A stretch of DNA of 64,000 bases from Halobacteriovoraceae bacterium (GTDB lineage: Bacteria; Bdellovibrionota; Bacteriovoracia; Bacteriovoracales; Bacteriovoracaceae), in the NCBI GenBank assembly GCA_963719505.1, contig CAVRCF010000005.1, positions 224,001 to 288,000 on the forward strand. The letters run 5' to 3'. Within the stretch, counting starts at the first letter, position 1. Every line of letters begins with the position of its first letter. The notes below the pieces were generated by a model. The model worked only from the letters and a program-made list of their open reading frames with translations. It did no database searches and was not told where the DNA came from. Below are positions 48,640-58,788 of the stretch, piece by piece. Position numbers and translations under genes: made by a program.

Positions 48640-49300
48640 GGGTAACCTCGGCTTTATCAAAGCTTTTTATCATCTTAAATTTTGAATCATCATACAGGCC
48701 ATCTCTATTGACATGAATAACATTAAGCTCAGCTTCAGACGCGGCTTTTGCCTCATCAGGACTGTCGGTAAAAAAAGTAATCATCTGTGGAGATACGTCA
48801 ATATCTGAGGCTATAGTCTTGTAGGACTGAGATTCTTTTTTAGGACCTGAAGTTGTATCAAAATAACCTTTAAAAAGAGATGTTATATCACCTGATTCAG
48901 TATGAGAAAAAAGAAGCTTTTGGGCCTGAATACTGCCCGAAGAATAGATATAGAGATCGAGACCTTGATCTTTCCACTTATTTAAAGCGGGGATGACGTC
49001 AGGGTAGAGGTGAGCGGTGTACTCCCCTTTTTGATATCCTTCTTTCCAAATCAGACCTTGAATATCTTTAAGTTCTTTGACTTTTTTATCCTCGTCTATC
49101 CATTTTTTTAAAAGCGCTATCACTTCATCAATGCTTGATATATTATTATCGGCTTTTATTTTTTGAATAAGAGGCGCTAAGTTTTCTTGTTCACTTCTCA
49201 CAAAACTTTCAATATTTTTTTTGGCAAAAGGAAAAAGGATATTGTGAACAAAATTTATATCTGTCGTTGTGCCTTCAATATCAAAGATTAATGCTTTCAT
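48632..49300 (-). CDS. mtnC: Enolase-phosphatase E1 (acireductone synthase)
   Basis: DIEGTT, LKDIQG.IW, YSSGS, FDT..GPK. Confidence 0.93.
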   Translation of the reverse strand: MKALIFDIEGTTTDINFVHNILFPFAKKNIESFVRSEQENLAPLIQKIKADNNISSIDEVIALLKKWIDEDKKVKELKDIQGLIWKEGYQKGEYTAHLYPDVIPALNKWKDQGLDLYIYSSGSIQAQKLLFSHTESGDITSLFKGYFDTTSGPKKESQSYKTIASDIDVSPQMITFFTDSPDEAKAASEAELNVIHVNRDGLYDDSKFKMIKSFDKAEVTHE

Positions 49301-49906
49301 TTTAAACCCATTTTTATATGTTCAACTCTTACGGCCATGAGAAACTCTGCCCCTTCAAGAAATCTTTTTGCTCGTTGGATTGTTTCGGCCCAAACGTAGA
49401 TTCCATGCCCTCGTAAAATAAGACAAGGAACTTTTTCAAAATCATCTTTCCAGCTTTTTTCAATATCGACGGCCAATTGATCAATATCCTGAGTGTTTTC
49501 ATAAATATGAAAACGTACCGTTTCCTCATGAGACTTTATTTTGCTAAAAGCTTTTTGTAGTTCAAAGCCTTTAAATTCGAGGATATTCTCTTTTGTAAAC
49601 AAACTCAGTGCCGTTCCAGTTATACTATGAGAGTGCAAAACACAATTCGCTTCGGGAACCAGTTCCATGATTTTTGCGTGAATCATGGCTTCATCTGAAG
49701 GCTTTAGAGTTTCGTGGTCATAATTGCCAGCGAAGATCCATTTTGATAAAATCAGACTCTTTTAGCTTTCCTTTATCGACTCCTGAAGCCGAGACAAAAA
49801 GGCTTGAATCATCGATTCTCAAGGAATAGTTACCACTTGTCGCAGGAGAATAATTTTTTTCATTCATCCAGTGGCAAACTGCTATTAAATCAGATAAATT
49901 GTTCAT
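49297..49906 (-). pseudogene. mtnB: Methylthioribulose-1-phosphate dehydratase, +1 frameshift near 49733
   Basis: PATSGNYS and SGVDKG in 5' part; shifted frame continues KPSDEAMIH, HSHS, GHGIYVW. Confidence 0.85.
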
Positions 49907-49970
49907 ATAATATGAATCTCCATTTTTAGGCTAAATTTACAGATAGTCGCGATTAATTACAAGGATAAAG

Positions 49971-51107
49971 ATGCAATTTGAGAGTAAATTCCCTCATATG
50001 AAGACCACTATTTTTAGCGAAATCTCAGCTGTGTCCAATGAATTTCAGGCGACAAACTTAGGTCAAGGGTTTCCAAACTTTACACCATCTCCTTATCTTC
50101 TGGAGCGACTCACCCATTATACAAATGAGGGTTTTAACCAATACGCTCCTATGAGTGGGATGCCAAGGCTTCTTCAAAGTGTTGCCAATACTCACCGAGA
50201 AGTTTATGGCCAAAAGCTTGATGCTCAAAATGAGATTACAATCACCAGTGGCGCAACTGAAGCTCTTTTTTGCGCCATTTCGACTGTCGTAAATTCTGGG
50301 GACGAAGTTATTATCTTTGATCCAAGCTACGATAGTTATGCGCCAAATATAGAACTCAACGGCGGTGTGCCCGTTCGTCTCAACTTAACAGAAGACTTTG
50401 GTTTTGATTTTGAAAAAATTAAAGACGCCATCACTTCTAAAACGAAAGCTATTATTATTAATTCTCCTCATAATCCATCGGGAAAGTGTTTAACAAAAGA
50501 AGAACTCGATAGCTTTTGGGAGCTTATAGAGGATAAGAATATCTATATGATCAGTGACGAGGTTTATCAGCATATTATTTTTGATGGAAAGTCTCATCTC
50601 TCCCCTTTTAATGATGAGCGCTTTAGAGAGAGAACCTTTGCTATTAGTTCATTTGGTAAGACCTTTCATGTTACGGGATGGAAGATTGGCTATTGTGTGG
50701 CTTGTGATCTTTTAACAAAAGAGTTTCGAAAGATTCACCAGTATATAACGTTTTCAACTATGGGGTCGGCTCAGTTGGCGTTAAGTGATATGCTTGATCA
50801 TAAGGGCGAAGAACTTCAGGGCCTTTCAGATTTTTATCAAACGAAAAGAGACTTTTTTCAGTCTCAACTTAAAAAAACTCATTTTAAAATACTTCCTTGT
50901 GATGGAAGCTTTTTTCAGCTTGTTGATTATAGTGAACTAAGTAGCAAGGGGGATATGGACTTTTGTATAGAACTTATTAAAGAGAAAAAGCTTGCCGCTA
51001 TTCCGTTGAGTTCTTTTTATCAAACACCACCAAAGTCTAGTATTATCAGGTTTTGTTTTGCCAAGGATAATGAAACTCTTGAGAGGGCTTTTCAATATCT
51101 TATTTAG
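49971..51107 (+). CDS. ybdL: Methionine aminotransferase (YbdL/MtnE-like, PLP class I)
   Basis: NLGQGFP, NQYAP, PHNPSG, SDEVY, SFGKTFHVTGWKIG, RFCFAK. Confidence 0.9.
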   Translation: MQFESKFPHMKTTIFSEISAVSNEFQATNLGQGFPNFTPSPYLLERLTHYTNEGFNQYAPMSGMPRLLQSVANTHREVYGQKLDAQNEITITSGATEALFCAISTVVNSGDEVIIFDPSYDSYAPNIELNGGVPVRLNLTEDFGFDFEKIKDAITSKTKAIIINSPHNPSGKCLTKEELDSFWELIEDKNIYMISDEVYQHIIFDGKSHLSPFNDERFRERTFAISSFGKTFHVTGWKIGYCVACDLLTKEFRKIHQYITFSTMGSAQLALSDMLDHKGEELQGLSDFYQTKRDFFQSQLKKTHFKILPCDGSFFQLVDYSELSSKGDMDFCIELIKEKKLAAIPLSSFYQTPPKSSIIRFCFAKDNETLERAFQYLI

Positions 51108-51462
51108 CTTCTTTAACATAGCTATAGATGTATCCACCCCTATCGCTTCCACTTCCGCTTTTAACGCGAAATTTTTTACCAATATGATATTTGGTTTTTG
51201 ATGATTCTTCTAAGGTCACTTGAATTGACTTAGGAGTGTCATCGCAACTTGATCTGGAACCCGTAGGAGAGCCTCCATTGGTGAGCTTTAAAGTCGCTAA
51301 ATAGGTAAAGTTGTCACTACCGTCGCCGGCATGAGCTTCGTTGATCATATTGAGTGTATTGAGTTTTTCAATATTTGATATTTCAGCATCATACTGACAG
51401 CTCGATCTGTCTGAAGCAAAAGAAGAAAAAGAAATGAGACAGAGTATGATGAGAGCTTTCAT
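51100..51462 (-). CDS. Secreted hypothetical protein
   Basis: Signal peptide; ATGA overlap with upstream gene. Confidence 0.68.
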   Translation of the reverse strand: MKALIILCLISFSSFASDRSSCQYDAEISNIEKLNTLNMINEAHAGDGSDNFTYLATLKLTNGGSPTGSRSSCDDTPKSIQVTLEESSKTKYHIGKKFRVKSGSGSDRGGYIYSYVKEAK

Positions 51463-51731
51463 TGGCAAGACCTAATATCTCTTGCATAAAAAACACCATT
51501 ATTTTTCGAACCGACAATAACGATGCATTGTCTCCAACTAAGATTTTTCATTTTTGTGTCAACGGCATCATTTAGTGGAATAACATATTCTCTTGGAGAG
51601 TTTGGAAAGTATCCTCCAACAGCTAAAGTTCCACCGACTTTGTTATATTCTATAGCAGTTTGTTGAAATTGAGCGCCTTGGGCCATATGCGCGAAAAATA
51701 AGCCCAATACCAGTGGTATCATCTTGTACAT
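51459..51731 (-). CDS. Small secreted hypothetical protein
   Basis: AAGGAG RBS, signal peptide. Confidence 0.68.
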   Translation of the reverse strand: MYKMIPLVLGLFFAHMAQGAQFQQTAIEYNKVGGTLAVGGYFPNSPREYVIPLNDAVDTKMKNLSWRQCIVIVGSKNNGVFYARDIRSCQ

Positions 51732-51860
51732 TTGATTCTCCTTGTGGGTTATAACAAGCAAAATCAAAGCCATAAATTTCTATCTGATATTGGGTTCTTA
51801 ATGCGGTGAATGGTGCATAAAAGCCAAAATTTTTAGTGGCATTATGACTTTTTAGAAGAA

Positions 51861-52280
51861 TCACATTTTTTTGTAACTACAAATAAGAACATGATGACTA
51901 TCTCCGACGACACGTTCTTTTTCATAACTTAAAAATTCTTGGGAAAATGATTCTTTAATTTCGATTCTAGAGATGAGCTCTTTTTTAAGACCAAAAAGCT
52001 TTCTCTTATGTGTTTTGGTGAGAATATGATTGTTGGATACTTTATTCGTTATGGTAATTTTACCAACCTTCGTCACACTTGATTCCAAGTAAATTGTCGA
52101 ACTGGTGACGGCCATATTTTCATAATAGAGATCAATAACGACAGAGTCATGGCGGATGGGATCCATCGTTATTTGAAGTTCAGTAGGACAGGTCACTCCC
52201 CCATTTTTTTTGATATAGAGACCGTTTAAATCGGCATAGAGATGAGTTGAGATAAATAAAAGAATAAGTGTTAATTTCAT
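51861..52280 (-). CDS. Secreted hypothetical protein
   Basis: AGGAG RBS, signal peptide. Confidence 0.72.
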   Translation of the reverse strand: MKLTLILLFISTHLYADLNGLYIKKNGGVTCPTELQITMDPIRHDSVVIDLYYENMAVTSSTIYLESSVTKVGKITITNKVSNNHILTKTHKRKLFGLKKELISRIEIKESFSQEFLSYEKERVVGDSHHVLICSYKKM

Positions 52281-52375
52281 AATGGCTCCTGATTTTTATA
52301 AAGCCTTATAGAGCTTTTTAAGACTTCTTTCTACCTTATTGAAGTTATTATGGTTTCATTTTAAGACCAAAACAC

Positions 52376-52403
52376 TCAAGTAAATGGGACAATCAACCGA
52401 TAG
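52376..52403 (+). promoter_or_regulatory. Putative sigma28 (FliA) promoter
   Basis: TCAAG-N15-ACCGATAG. Confidence 0.6.
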
Positions 52404-52428
52404 GGAGTATAATTTAAAAGGAGAGTTT

Positions 52429-53328
52429 ATGAAAAAATTAGTTTTTGGCCTTGTCATGGGCCTGTCTTTAGCTTCATACGCTGATGTTGATTATGAATAT
52501 TGTAATGAGACGACAAATAAGGTGTATCAATTAGCCAAGATAGATGGTCATGAGCTCCCTAACCTCTTTGAGATTGGTGAAGATGGAAGACTTATTGTCA
52601 ACGAAGACCACGCAAAGCTCATCTCTTTTGATACGAACGAAACAGACTCCGTACAAAATTATAAGTTTAAAACCACGACTGAAAAGCGCTCTATTTTGAG
52701 GCTCTTTAGAAGAAATGATACGAAGATTGAAGAGCTTGAATACACCTTTGAAGTTCAAAGAGACTCCAAAGGCAGAATCAAATCTATTTCTCAAAAAAAT
52801 AGCTGCGCAGACTGCGCAGGTGGATCTTCTTTAGAGTTTACCTACTCAAAAGACAACTGTGTCCCATCTGTTTATGTAACGGAAAATCTCCAAGCTGAAA
52901 AAGCCATCGTCACTGATACTCTCGTTTGCCGAGAGATAGTTGAAAGCGAAAAAGATCTTATTAAGAAAATGAGAGAGGGAAAGAAATGTCTTAATGAACT
53001 TAATGAACAGTATGCCCTTAGTCAGGATAGGCTTGATAGACATGTAAAAAGATTGAAAGATCAAACAGATAAACTTGATAAAGGTATTGAATCACAGCTT
53101 TCAAAAAGTCTTAAGAAGATAAGTGAGCTTGGTAAGAAGTTATCTAAACCTCTTACTAAATACGCTGAGATGGCCGAAGATGAATTCGATGTGAGAATTT
53201 CAACTTCAGAAGTTATAACTAATTGTATGAAGACACTTGATAAAAAAATGTTAACGGGAAATAAAGTGTTTGATGGAAATGTTATCAAACGCGAAGATGC
53301 TCCTATTGTTGCTCCTTTGGCGCTCTGA
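52429..53328 (+). CDS. Secreted hypothetical protein
   Basis: AAGGAG RBS, signal peptide, paired Cys, coiled-coil C-terminus. Confidence 0.75.
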   Translation: MKKLVFGLVMGLSLASYADVDYEYCNETTNKVYQLAKIDGHELPNLFEIGEDGRLIVNEDHAKLISFDTNETDSVQNYKFKTTTEKRSILRLFRRNDTKIEELEYTFEVQRDSKGRIKSISQKNSCADCAGGSSLEFTYSKDNCVPSVYVTENLQAEKAIVTDTLVCREIVESEKDLIKKMREGKKCLNELNEQYALSQDRLDRHVKRLKDQTDKLDKGIESQLSKSLKKISELGKKLSKPLTKYAEMAEDEFDVRISTSEVITNCMKTLDKKMLTGNKVFDGNVIKREDAPIVAPLAL

Positions 53329-53344
53329 GGCTGTCGAGCAATAA

Positions 53345-54457
53345 CTAGCGCAAAATTTTTCTAACGAGATCTAAACTTTGAGTGTTGTGAAATCTTTTTA
53401 AATCTTCTAAGGTTTTTAAAGATTTCCCATACACTCTTATAGAATTTTTAAGCTTATATTCCTCAGCTGTTGAGTGCTTACCTTGCCCTAATGAATTAAC
53501 AATACTTTTTATAGATGCTGCTAAGAACAGGTAATGCAGACGATCTTTATTTTGTCCTCGTCTTCTTCTCCATGTGTAGTCATAAGCCCTTTGAAAGTGA
53601 TGGGGTCTATATTTTAATATTTGTGTTATCTTGTTCTCAATGTCTTTTTCATTAATCAGATCTTCAAGCTGAACTTCGCAGGCCGAATTGTCGATAAACT
53701 CTTGTCCCAAAAAGACGACTTCTTTTATAAAGTTGTATCTTTTGGGTGACGTTGATTTGAGGACTTCAGGCTTTATTCTGTAAGAGCTAACACTTTCAGA
53801 AAAATCCTCAGCAGGATTTGTCATGGCATAATTGGAGACAAGATTGTCTGAGATAAGGGGGGAACCCTCGTAGATACTTCCGTCTCTTCTTGTGGACCTA
53901 ACTTTCCAACCCCCATCGATATTCTCCCAGGTCTTTGAAGAGTCAACATCGGCCACTCTATGACCAAGAAGATGAGAGAGCTCATGGTAAATGATTGATG
54001 TTCTCATATCACTATCAAAGAGCATCCAGCGGTTGGGATTTATATACAGCTTGCTTCCTTTCATCGAAGCCACGCCCTGTCTTTGTTCTTCTATGTGATA
54101 ACTTGCACTGGTTGAAAGAAGATTAGAGCCTATATATTGCCATCTAGGAACGAGCATAATGGCTTTATAAATGTCTCTAATATGCTGATCTGTAAAACGA
54201 GAATCAGCCATATAAGCTGAGATATTGTGGCCTAGACCTCTTAACAGATTATAGATATCGCTTAGAGTAAGTTCAGAGATATCTCTCGAAAGACAGTGCG
54301 CCTTTTCAAGATCTCCTGGCATGACAGCGTGAGAGTCCTTACCATTTTTAGTTCCTATTTCAGGATTATAAGCTTTGAAATCACTGTGCGCGACAGTGCT
54401 AATGGTTAAAATAGAATAGAGACTCATCAAGATTGTTTTCATAATGCTTCGCATCAT
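53345..54457 (-). CDS. Secreted zinc metallopeptidase (HExxH)
   Basis: HELSH, VSNYAMTNPAEDFSES; start may be 54442. Confidence 0.72.
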   Translation of the reverse strand: MMRSIMKTILMSLYSILTISTVAHSDFKAYNPEIGTKNGKDSHAVMPGDLEKAHCLSRDISELTLSDIYNLLRGLGHNISAYMADSRFTDQHIRDIYKAIMLVPRWQYIGSNLLSTSASYHIEEQRQGVASMKGSKLYINPNRWMLFDSDMRTSIIYHELSHLLGHRVADVDSSKTWENIDGGWKVRSTRRDGSIYEGSPLISDNLVSNYAMTNPAEDFSESVSSYRIKPEVLKSTSPKRYNFIKEVVFLGQEFIDNSACEVQLEDLINEKDIENKITQILKYRPHHFQRAYDYTWRRRRGQNKDRLHYLFLAASIKSIVNSLGQGKHSTAEEYKLKNSIRVYGKSLKTLEDLKRFHNTQSLDLVRKILR

Positions 54458-54538
54458 ATCTTAAATATTTTTTCATTTCATCAGGTTTGAAACATTTATA
54501 GTTTTGACGAAAAGGTCGCTATTCATTACCCTTATCTT

Positions 54539-55231
54539 ATGAAAATTATTGCCTTTTTATTGAGTTTTAGCGCGTTTGGAGCCTCCACTTTCGTAGATGA
54601 ATGGAAATCTCCTGTGAGCTACGACTCATCAAAAGCCGTCCTGACCTATGGAACATTGGCCACCACCCTTTTAGTCTTAACCGAAGAATCTACCATCGAT
54701 AAAGTTCAAGCCTACTCAAAAGAAAGAGGTCTTCTAAGCTATGATATGTCTAAATTTGGAGACTTAACTGGACAGGTTATTCCAAACGTCTTGTACATCT
54801 CTGGCTCCTATATCTATGGAAAATTCAATGATGAGACTCGCTCATTAAGAAGAATTAAACTCATGGCCAAGGCCACATTTTATAGTGGGCTCACCACGAT
54901 GATTCTAAAAAATGTCATTGGCCAAAGAAGACCCGATAGTGAAAATAGACAATCATTCCCTTCCGGCCATACCACGACGGCTTTCGCGTTTGCTTCAGTT
55001 ATTGCCATGGAGCATGAATGGTATTGGGGAACAGCGGCTTATGCGATGGCCACTGTTACAGGTGTAAGTCGAATTCACGATAACGCTCATTATATCCATG
55101 ACGTGGTGGCCGGAGCGACTATTGGATCGGCTTTTGGAATCGCACTTTCAAAGTTGGCCGATGATGATGCCCAGTACTCCTTTATTCCAACTCAGGGTGG
55201 GGCAATGCTTGGTCTTGTGAAGAAGTGGTAG
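54539..55231 (+). CDS. PAP2 family phosphatase
   Basis: K..IGQRRP, SFPSGH, SRIHDNAHYIHDV. Confidence 0.9.
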   Translation: MKIIAFLLSFSAFGASTFVDEWKSPVSYDSSKAVLTYGTLATTLLVLTEESTIDKVQAYSKERGLLSYDMSKFGDLTGQVIPNVLYISGSYIYGKFNDETRSLRRIKLMAKATFYSGLTTMILKNVIGQRRPDSENRQSFPSGHTTTAFAFASVIAMEHEWYWGTAAYAMATVTGVSRIHDNAHYIHDVVAGATIGSAFGIALSKLADDDAQYSFIPTQGGAMLGLVKKW

Positions 55232-55232
55232 A

Positions 55233-55466
55233 CTAAAAAGTATAAGAGGATTTGGCGACGATAACTTCTAAGTTGAATTTATCTTTGTCTTGTCGTGTGA
55301 GATTGGAATGAAAAACTTTTAAGCCTCGAGAGTTTAGGTCGGATTCGATATTATCGGCTTCGATTGATGTTATATTGAGATATTCATAGACTGCTGCTTG
55401 ATAGTTTTGAGAGATGTCATACTTTTCATACTCGTCAAAAGGAAGTGGCTTTTCTGTAAAGTGCAT
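55233..55466 (-). CDS. Hypothetical protein
   Basis: 77 aa, 1-bp overlap with upstream small ORF. Confidence 0.65.
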   Translation of the reverse strand: MHFTEKPLPFDEYEKYDISQNYQAAVYEYLNITSIEADNIESDLNSRGLKVFHSNLTRQDKDKFNLEVIVAKSSYTF

Positions 55467-55627
55467 TAGTCTTTAATCACTTTATATTCAGCTTCAACGA
55501 TATCGTCATTAGGATCTTTTTCTTCTTCTTTTTTCTTGAGTTCAGCTTGTTGAATTATTTTTGATGCCTTTAAAATCGTCCTTATGCCAAAGATAATGGC
55601 CAAAACAACTAATATTTTTAAAATCAT
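55466..55627 (-). CDS. Small membrane protein, 53 aa (absent from ORF track)
   Basis: MILKILVVLAIIFGIRTILKASK...DDIVEAEYKVIKD*; overlaps both neighbours (ATGA and TAATG). Confidence 0.72.
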   Translation of the reverse strand: MILKILVVLAIIFGIRTILKASKIIQQAELKKKEEEKDPNDDIVEAEYKVIKD

Positions 55628-57317
55628 TTCTTACCCTTCTGTGCTTTTTCTTCAGCCGCTTTTGCCTCTTCAGCCGCTTTCAGCTCTTCCATTTTCTTTT
55701 GTTCTTCAGCTCTTTTTTGAACAACTTGATTTTTTAAGTCCTCGACACTAGCTTTTTCTTCTGCCTTTTTAAGTTCTTTTGCTCTAAAGAAAACGGAGTT
55801 GATAAATTTTCTTAAATCACTTCTTTGGACTTCACCTATAGTGTGAATGACTGCATAATAATTAGCTTTGATACCGGCTTGATTTGGAGCAGGGGCTACT
55901 GAAATATACATACTCACCGGTTTATTAATTTTAATTACAGTTCGCTCTGGAAGTTCTAGTTCAGTGTCAAAATAAACATCATTTTCAGATACGGCAACTA
56001 GCTTCATATCAATTTCTAATTCAGCATAGGTTGCAGGATGATCTTTTTTGATGAAAAGAGTTCCCTCGTCGTGCTCTACAGCTGAAACAAGAAGCTTCTC
56101 TTTCAACATCTCTGACATTTTTAACACCAAGTCGGTGGTCATTTTTTCTTTGAAAGAGAGAATGTTTTTATAGCCCAATGAGCAGTCATAAGCCTTTTAG
56201 AGTCATAGGTTCCACTATTAAAAACGATAATATAGGGATTATACCCCTCTATAGATTTGAGATGTCCGACAAGTGTTTGTAGATTTTTTAATTCGTTATA
56301 GGAGTAAGCAATATCTGCATTTACTTCTAACTCCTCTTCCTCAATTTGCTCCATATTGAAGACGATGAGCTGGGCCATAACTTTTTTTAACTCTTTTAGC
56401 GGCTCTTTTAAATATGGTTGGCATCTTAGGACAAATGGAAATTGATCAGTAAGCTTCTCTTGAGCGTAAAAACTTAGCTCTTTATCGATAACCAGAGTTT
56501 TAAGTTTTTTGGGATTCGAGATGTCTTGGTTTTGCTCAATCCACTTTTCAAGCATCATTGTTGATTCGAGAACCTGATCTTCATATTCGAGTTCTAATTT
56601 TTGAACTTCTTCAGGCGGTAACTCGTCTTCAAAATTTGGCAAAGTCGCGTATTGAAAGCCAAATTCTTGAGAATATTTAAAGTTATAATAGAGATCTTCA
56701 TCAGTTGAAGATGCACAGTCGGCCATGAGCGACTTGAGAATTCCTTTATTAGACCAATGGGTATGGATGGCGTAAGTGTCTCCCATTTTAAGACTTAAAT
56801 CCGACTCAATACGAATCCCCTCTTTTGAAAGGATACTGACCATGCAAGGGATCCTGCCAAGAATCTCATCTGAGAGCTTCGCTGTAGCAAAGCCATGAGG
56901 CACTAATTTGTCGGGAAAGCTATAAGCGATACTATTGTAAACTAAGGAGCTGAGTTCAATACTTTTAATATGAACGCATGTTACTCCGGCTAAAATGGCC
57001 CGCTGGGAGTGGTGAAAATCTTGATTTTGATCAACAAGCCCAACAACAAAAGGTTTATGTACTCTATTTAACCGTGCTAAAACTCTAACAATGTGGAGCA
57101 TTTGGTCTGTATTTTGTGAAAAGTCGATAAAGATAATTTTAGGTTTTTTCGCACGAATATCACCGATAAGAAGTTGAACCTCTCTATCGTTGCTCTTGTG
57201 CAAATCAAGGAATTCAAAAGATAATGATTCGTAAGTTTGAGAAAATTTAGATTTAAGAGTTTTCCAATAACCAATATCGGATCCTACATAAATAATTTTT
57301 GGCGTAATTGTTGTCAT
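55624..57317 (-). pseudogene. Receiver-like/PilZ-like signalling protein, frameshifted near 56180
   Basis: REC-like N-terminus (IIYVG, IFIDF); ORF 56139-57317 continues in overlapping frame LGYKNILSF...; domain calls are tentative. Confidence 0.55.
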
Positions 57318-57972
57318 AAACTATTCTCTTTCAACCTGTCTTGGTACATTTTGAGGTAGCTACTGCTAACCTCATCATTTGAATATTTAGACTTCGTTTC
57401 ATAAAATTTTATACACTTTTTATAATATTCAATTTTTACGGATTTTTCACTATTTTTAAAAGCTCCTGTCGCCAGAACTTCCTCTCCCTTAAATTGAGAA
57501 AGGACAAGAACCTCATAAAATTTTGAATTATCAGTAATTAAATTCTCCTCGACAATTAAATACTTAAGCTTTGCAATACTTGTTCTTACTTCGTCTAAAT
57601 TATTATGAGCACTTAAGATTATTATATCATTTTTGTTTAACTGAAGTCTAAGGTTTTCCAAAATTCTTATACTTAGCTTACCTCCGATACCAGCAATTAA
57701 GATCGTTTTCCTTAAATTTTTGTCAATTTTGATCTTTGTACAGTCTTCAAGTAGGATGTTAACTTTGTCCTTCAGGAATATCCGCAACTAGAGGAGTAGA
57801 GAGATTCTGTTATGGTATCGACAATATCAACAAGATTGACTCTTTCGATGGATTGGGACTCAATCAAAGAATAGCCAATATGCCCGTGGTCACAGCAAAA
57901 ATCAAAGAATTCTGGATTTGGATATTTTAAACATAAGCTTTTAAGATGATTTAATCGAAAGCTTAAATTAAG
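57314..57972 (-). pseudogene. trmK: tRNA (adenine22-N1)-methyltransferase TrmK-like, frameshifted near 57770-57790
   Basis: LSFRL, DFCCDHG, IAGIGG, KFYEVL split across two frames; start codon unclear. Confidence 0.72.
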
Positions 57973-57976
57973 ATTC

Positions 57977-58777
57977 TTAATTCCCAATCTCCTTGGAAAG
58001 CTCCTCGGTTCGATAAATTGCTTTATCAATCGCCTGAGAAGTTATTGAAAGCAAATCATGGCGTTTGTATTCTTTAACGGCTTCTATGGTAACTCCAGCT
58101 TTACTGGTCACCTCAGATAGAAGTTCAGAGTAACTTTTATTTGATTCTTTCATGAGTTTGGCAGATCCTAAAAAAAGATTATCGAGTAACTCTTTACTCA
58201 TTTTTTCTTCAAAGCCCAAAGATTTCATCTTTTGAAATAAAGTATCCGCAAAGTTATAGATGTAAGCTGGGCCACAACCAGAAAAAACAGTAAGAGTATC
58301 AAGTTCTCTTTCATCCTTACAAATAATAAGGCCTGAGTCGCTAAATATACTTTTAAATTTTTCTACTAAATCTTCAGGAAGTGCCTTATCAAAAAATGAT
58401 AAGGTTACCCCGGCGTTCACACCGATGGGAGTGTTTGGCATAATTCGAAAGATGCTTTTAGACTGAAAAGACTCCTCTAACATATTGACATCTGTTGCGG
58501 CCAACATGGAGACAATAACGGGGTTTTCAGTGATCTTATTAAAGTCCAAGCACAGATCTCTTAACTGTTGAGGCTTACAACCAATAAGCCAGAAATCAAT
58601 CTCAAGAGCACGAAAATCATCTAGACTTCTTAAAGCGTTTCCACCAATTTCTTTCGCTAACTTTTCAGCTTTAGTAAAAGAGGGTGTATAAGTGTAGAAG
58701 CTTAAATCCTTATTTTGAGATAAGTTTTTAACAACGGCATAAGCCATACTTCCACAACCTATAACTCCAATATTCAT
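57977..58777 (-). CDS. proC: Pyrroline-5-carboxylate reductase
   Basis: GCGSMA, KPQ, RIMPNTP, SGCGPAY, VTSKAGVT. Confidence 0.93.
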   Translation of the reverse strand: MNIGVIGCGSMAYAVVKNLSQNKDLSFYTYTPSFTKAEKLAKEIGGNALRSLDDFRALEIDFWLIGCKPQQLRDLCLDFNKITENPVIVSMLAATDVNMLEESFQSKSIFRIMPNTPIGVNAGVTLSFFDKALPEDLVEKFKSIFSDSGLIICKDERELDTLTVFSGCGPAYIYNFADTLFQKMKSLGFEEKMSKELLDNLFLGSAKLMKESNKSYSELLSEVTSKAGVTIEAVKEYKRHDLLSITSQAIDKAIYRTEELSKEIGN

Positions 58778-58788
58778 CTCTTTCCTCT

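Noticed and set aside
55351-55378. Minus-strand TCAAT-N15-GCCGATAA sigma28-like match
   Set aside because: Lies inside a coding region and points only at the antisense of the PAP2 gene; probably codon coincidence.
18780-57790. Programmed frameshifting or phase variation as the cause of the four broken genes
   Set aside because: No slippery heptamers or simple-sequence tracts at the shift points.
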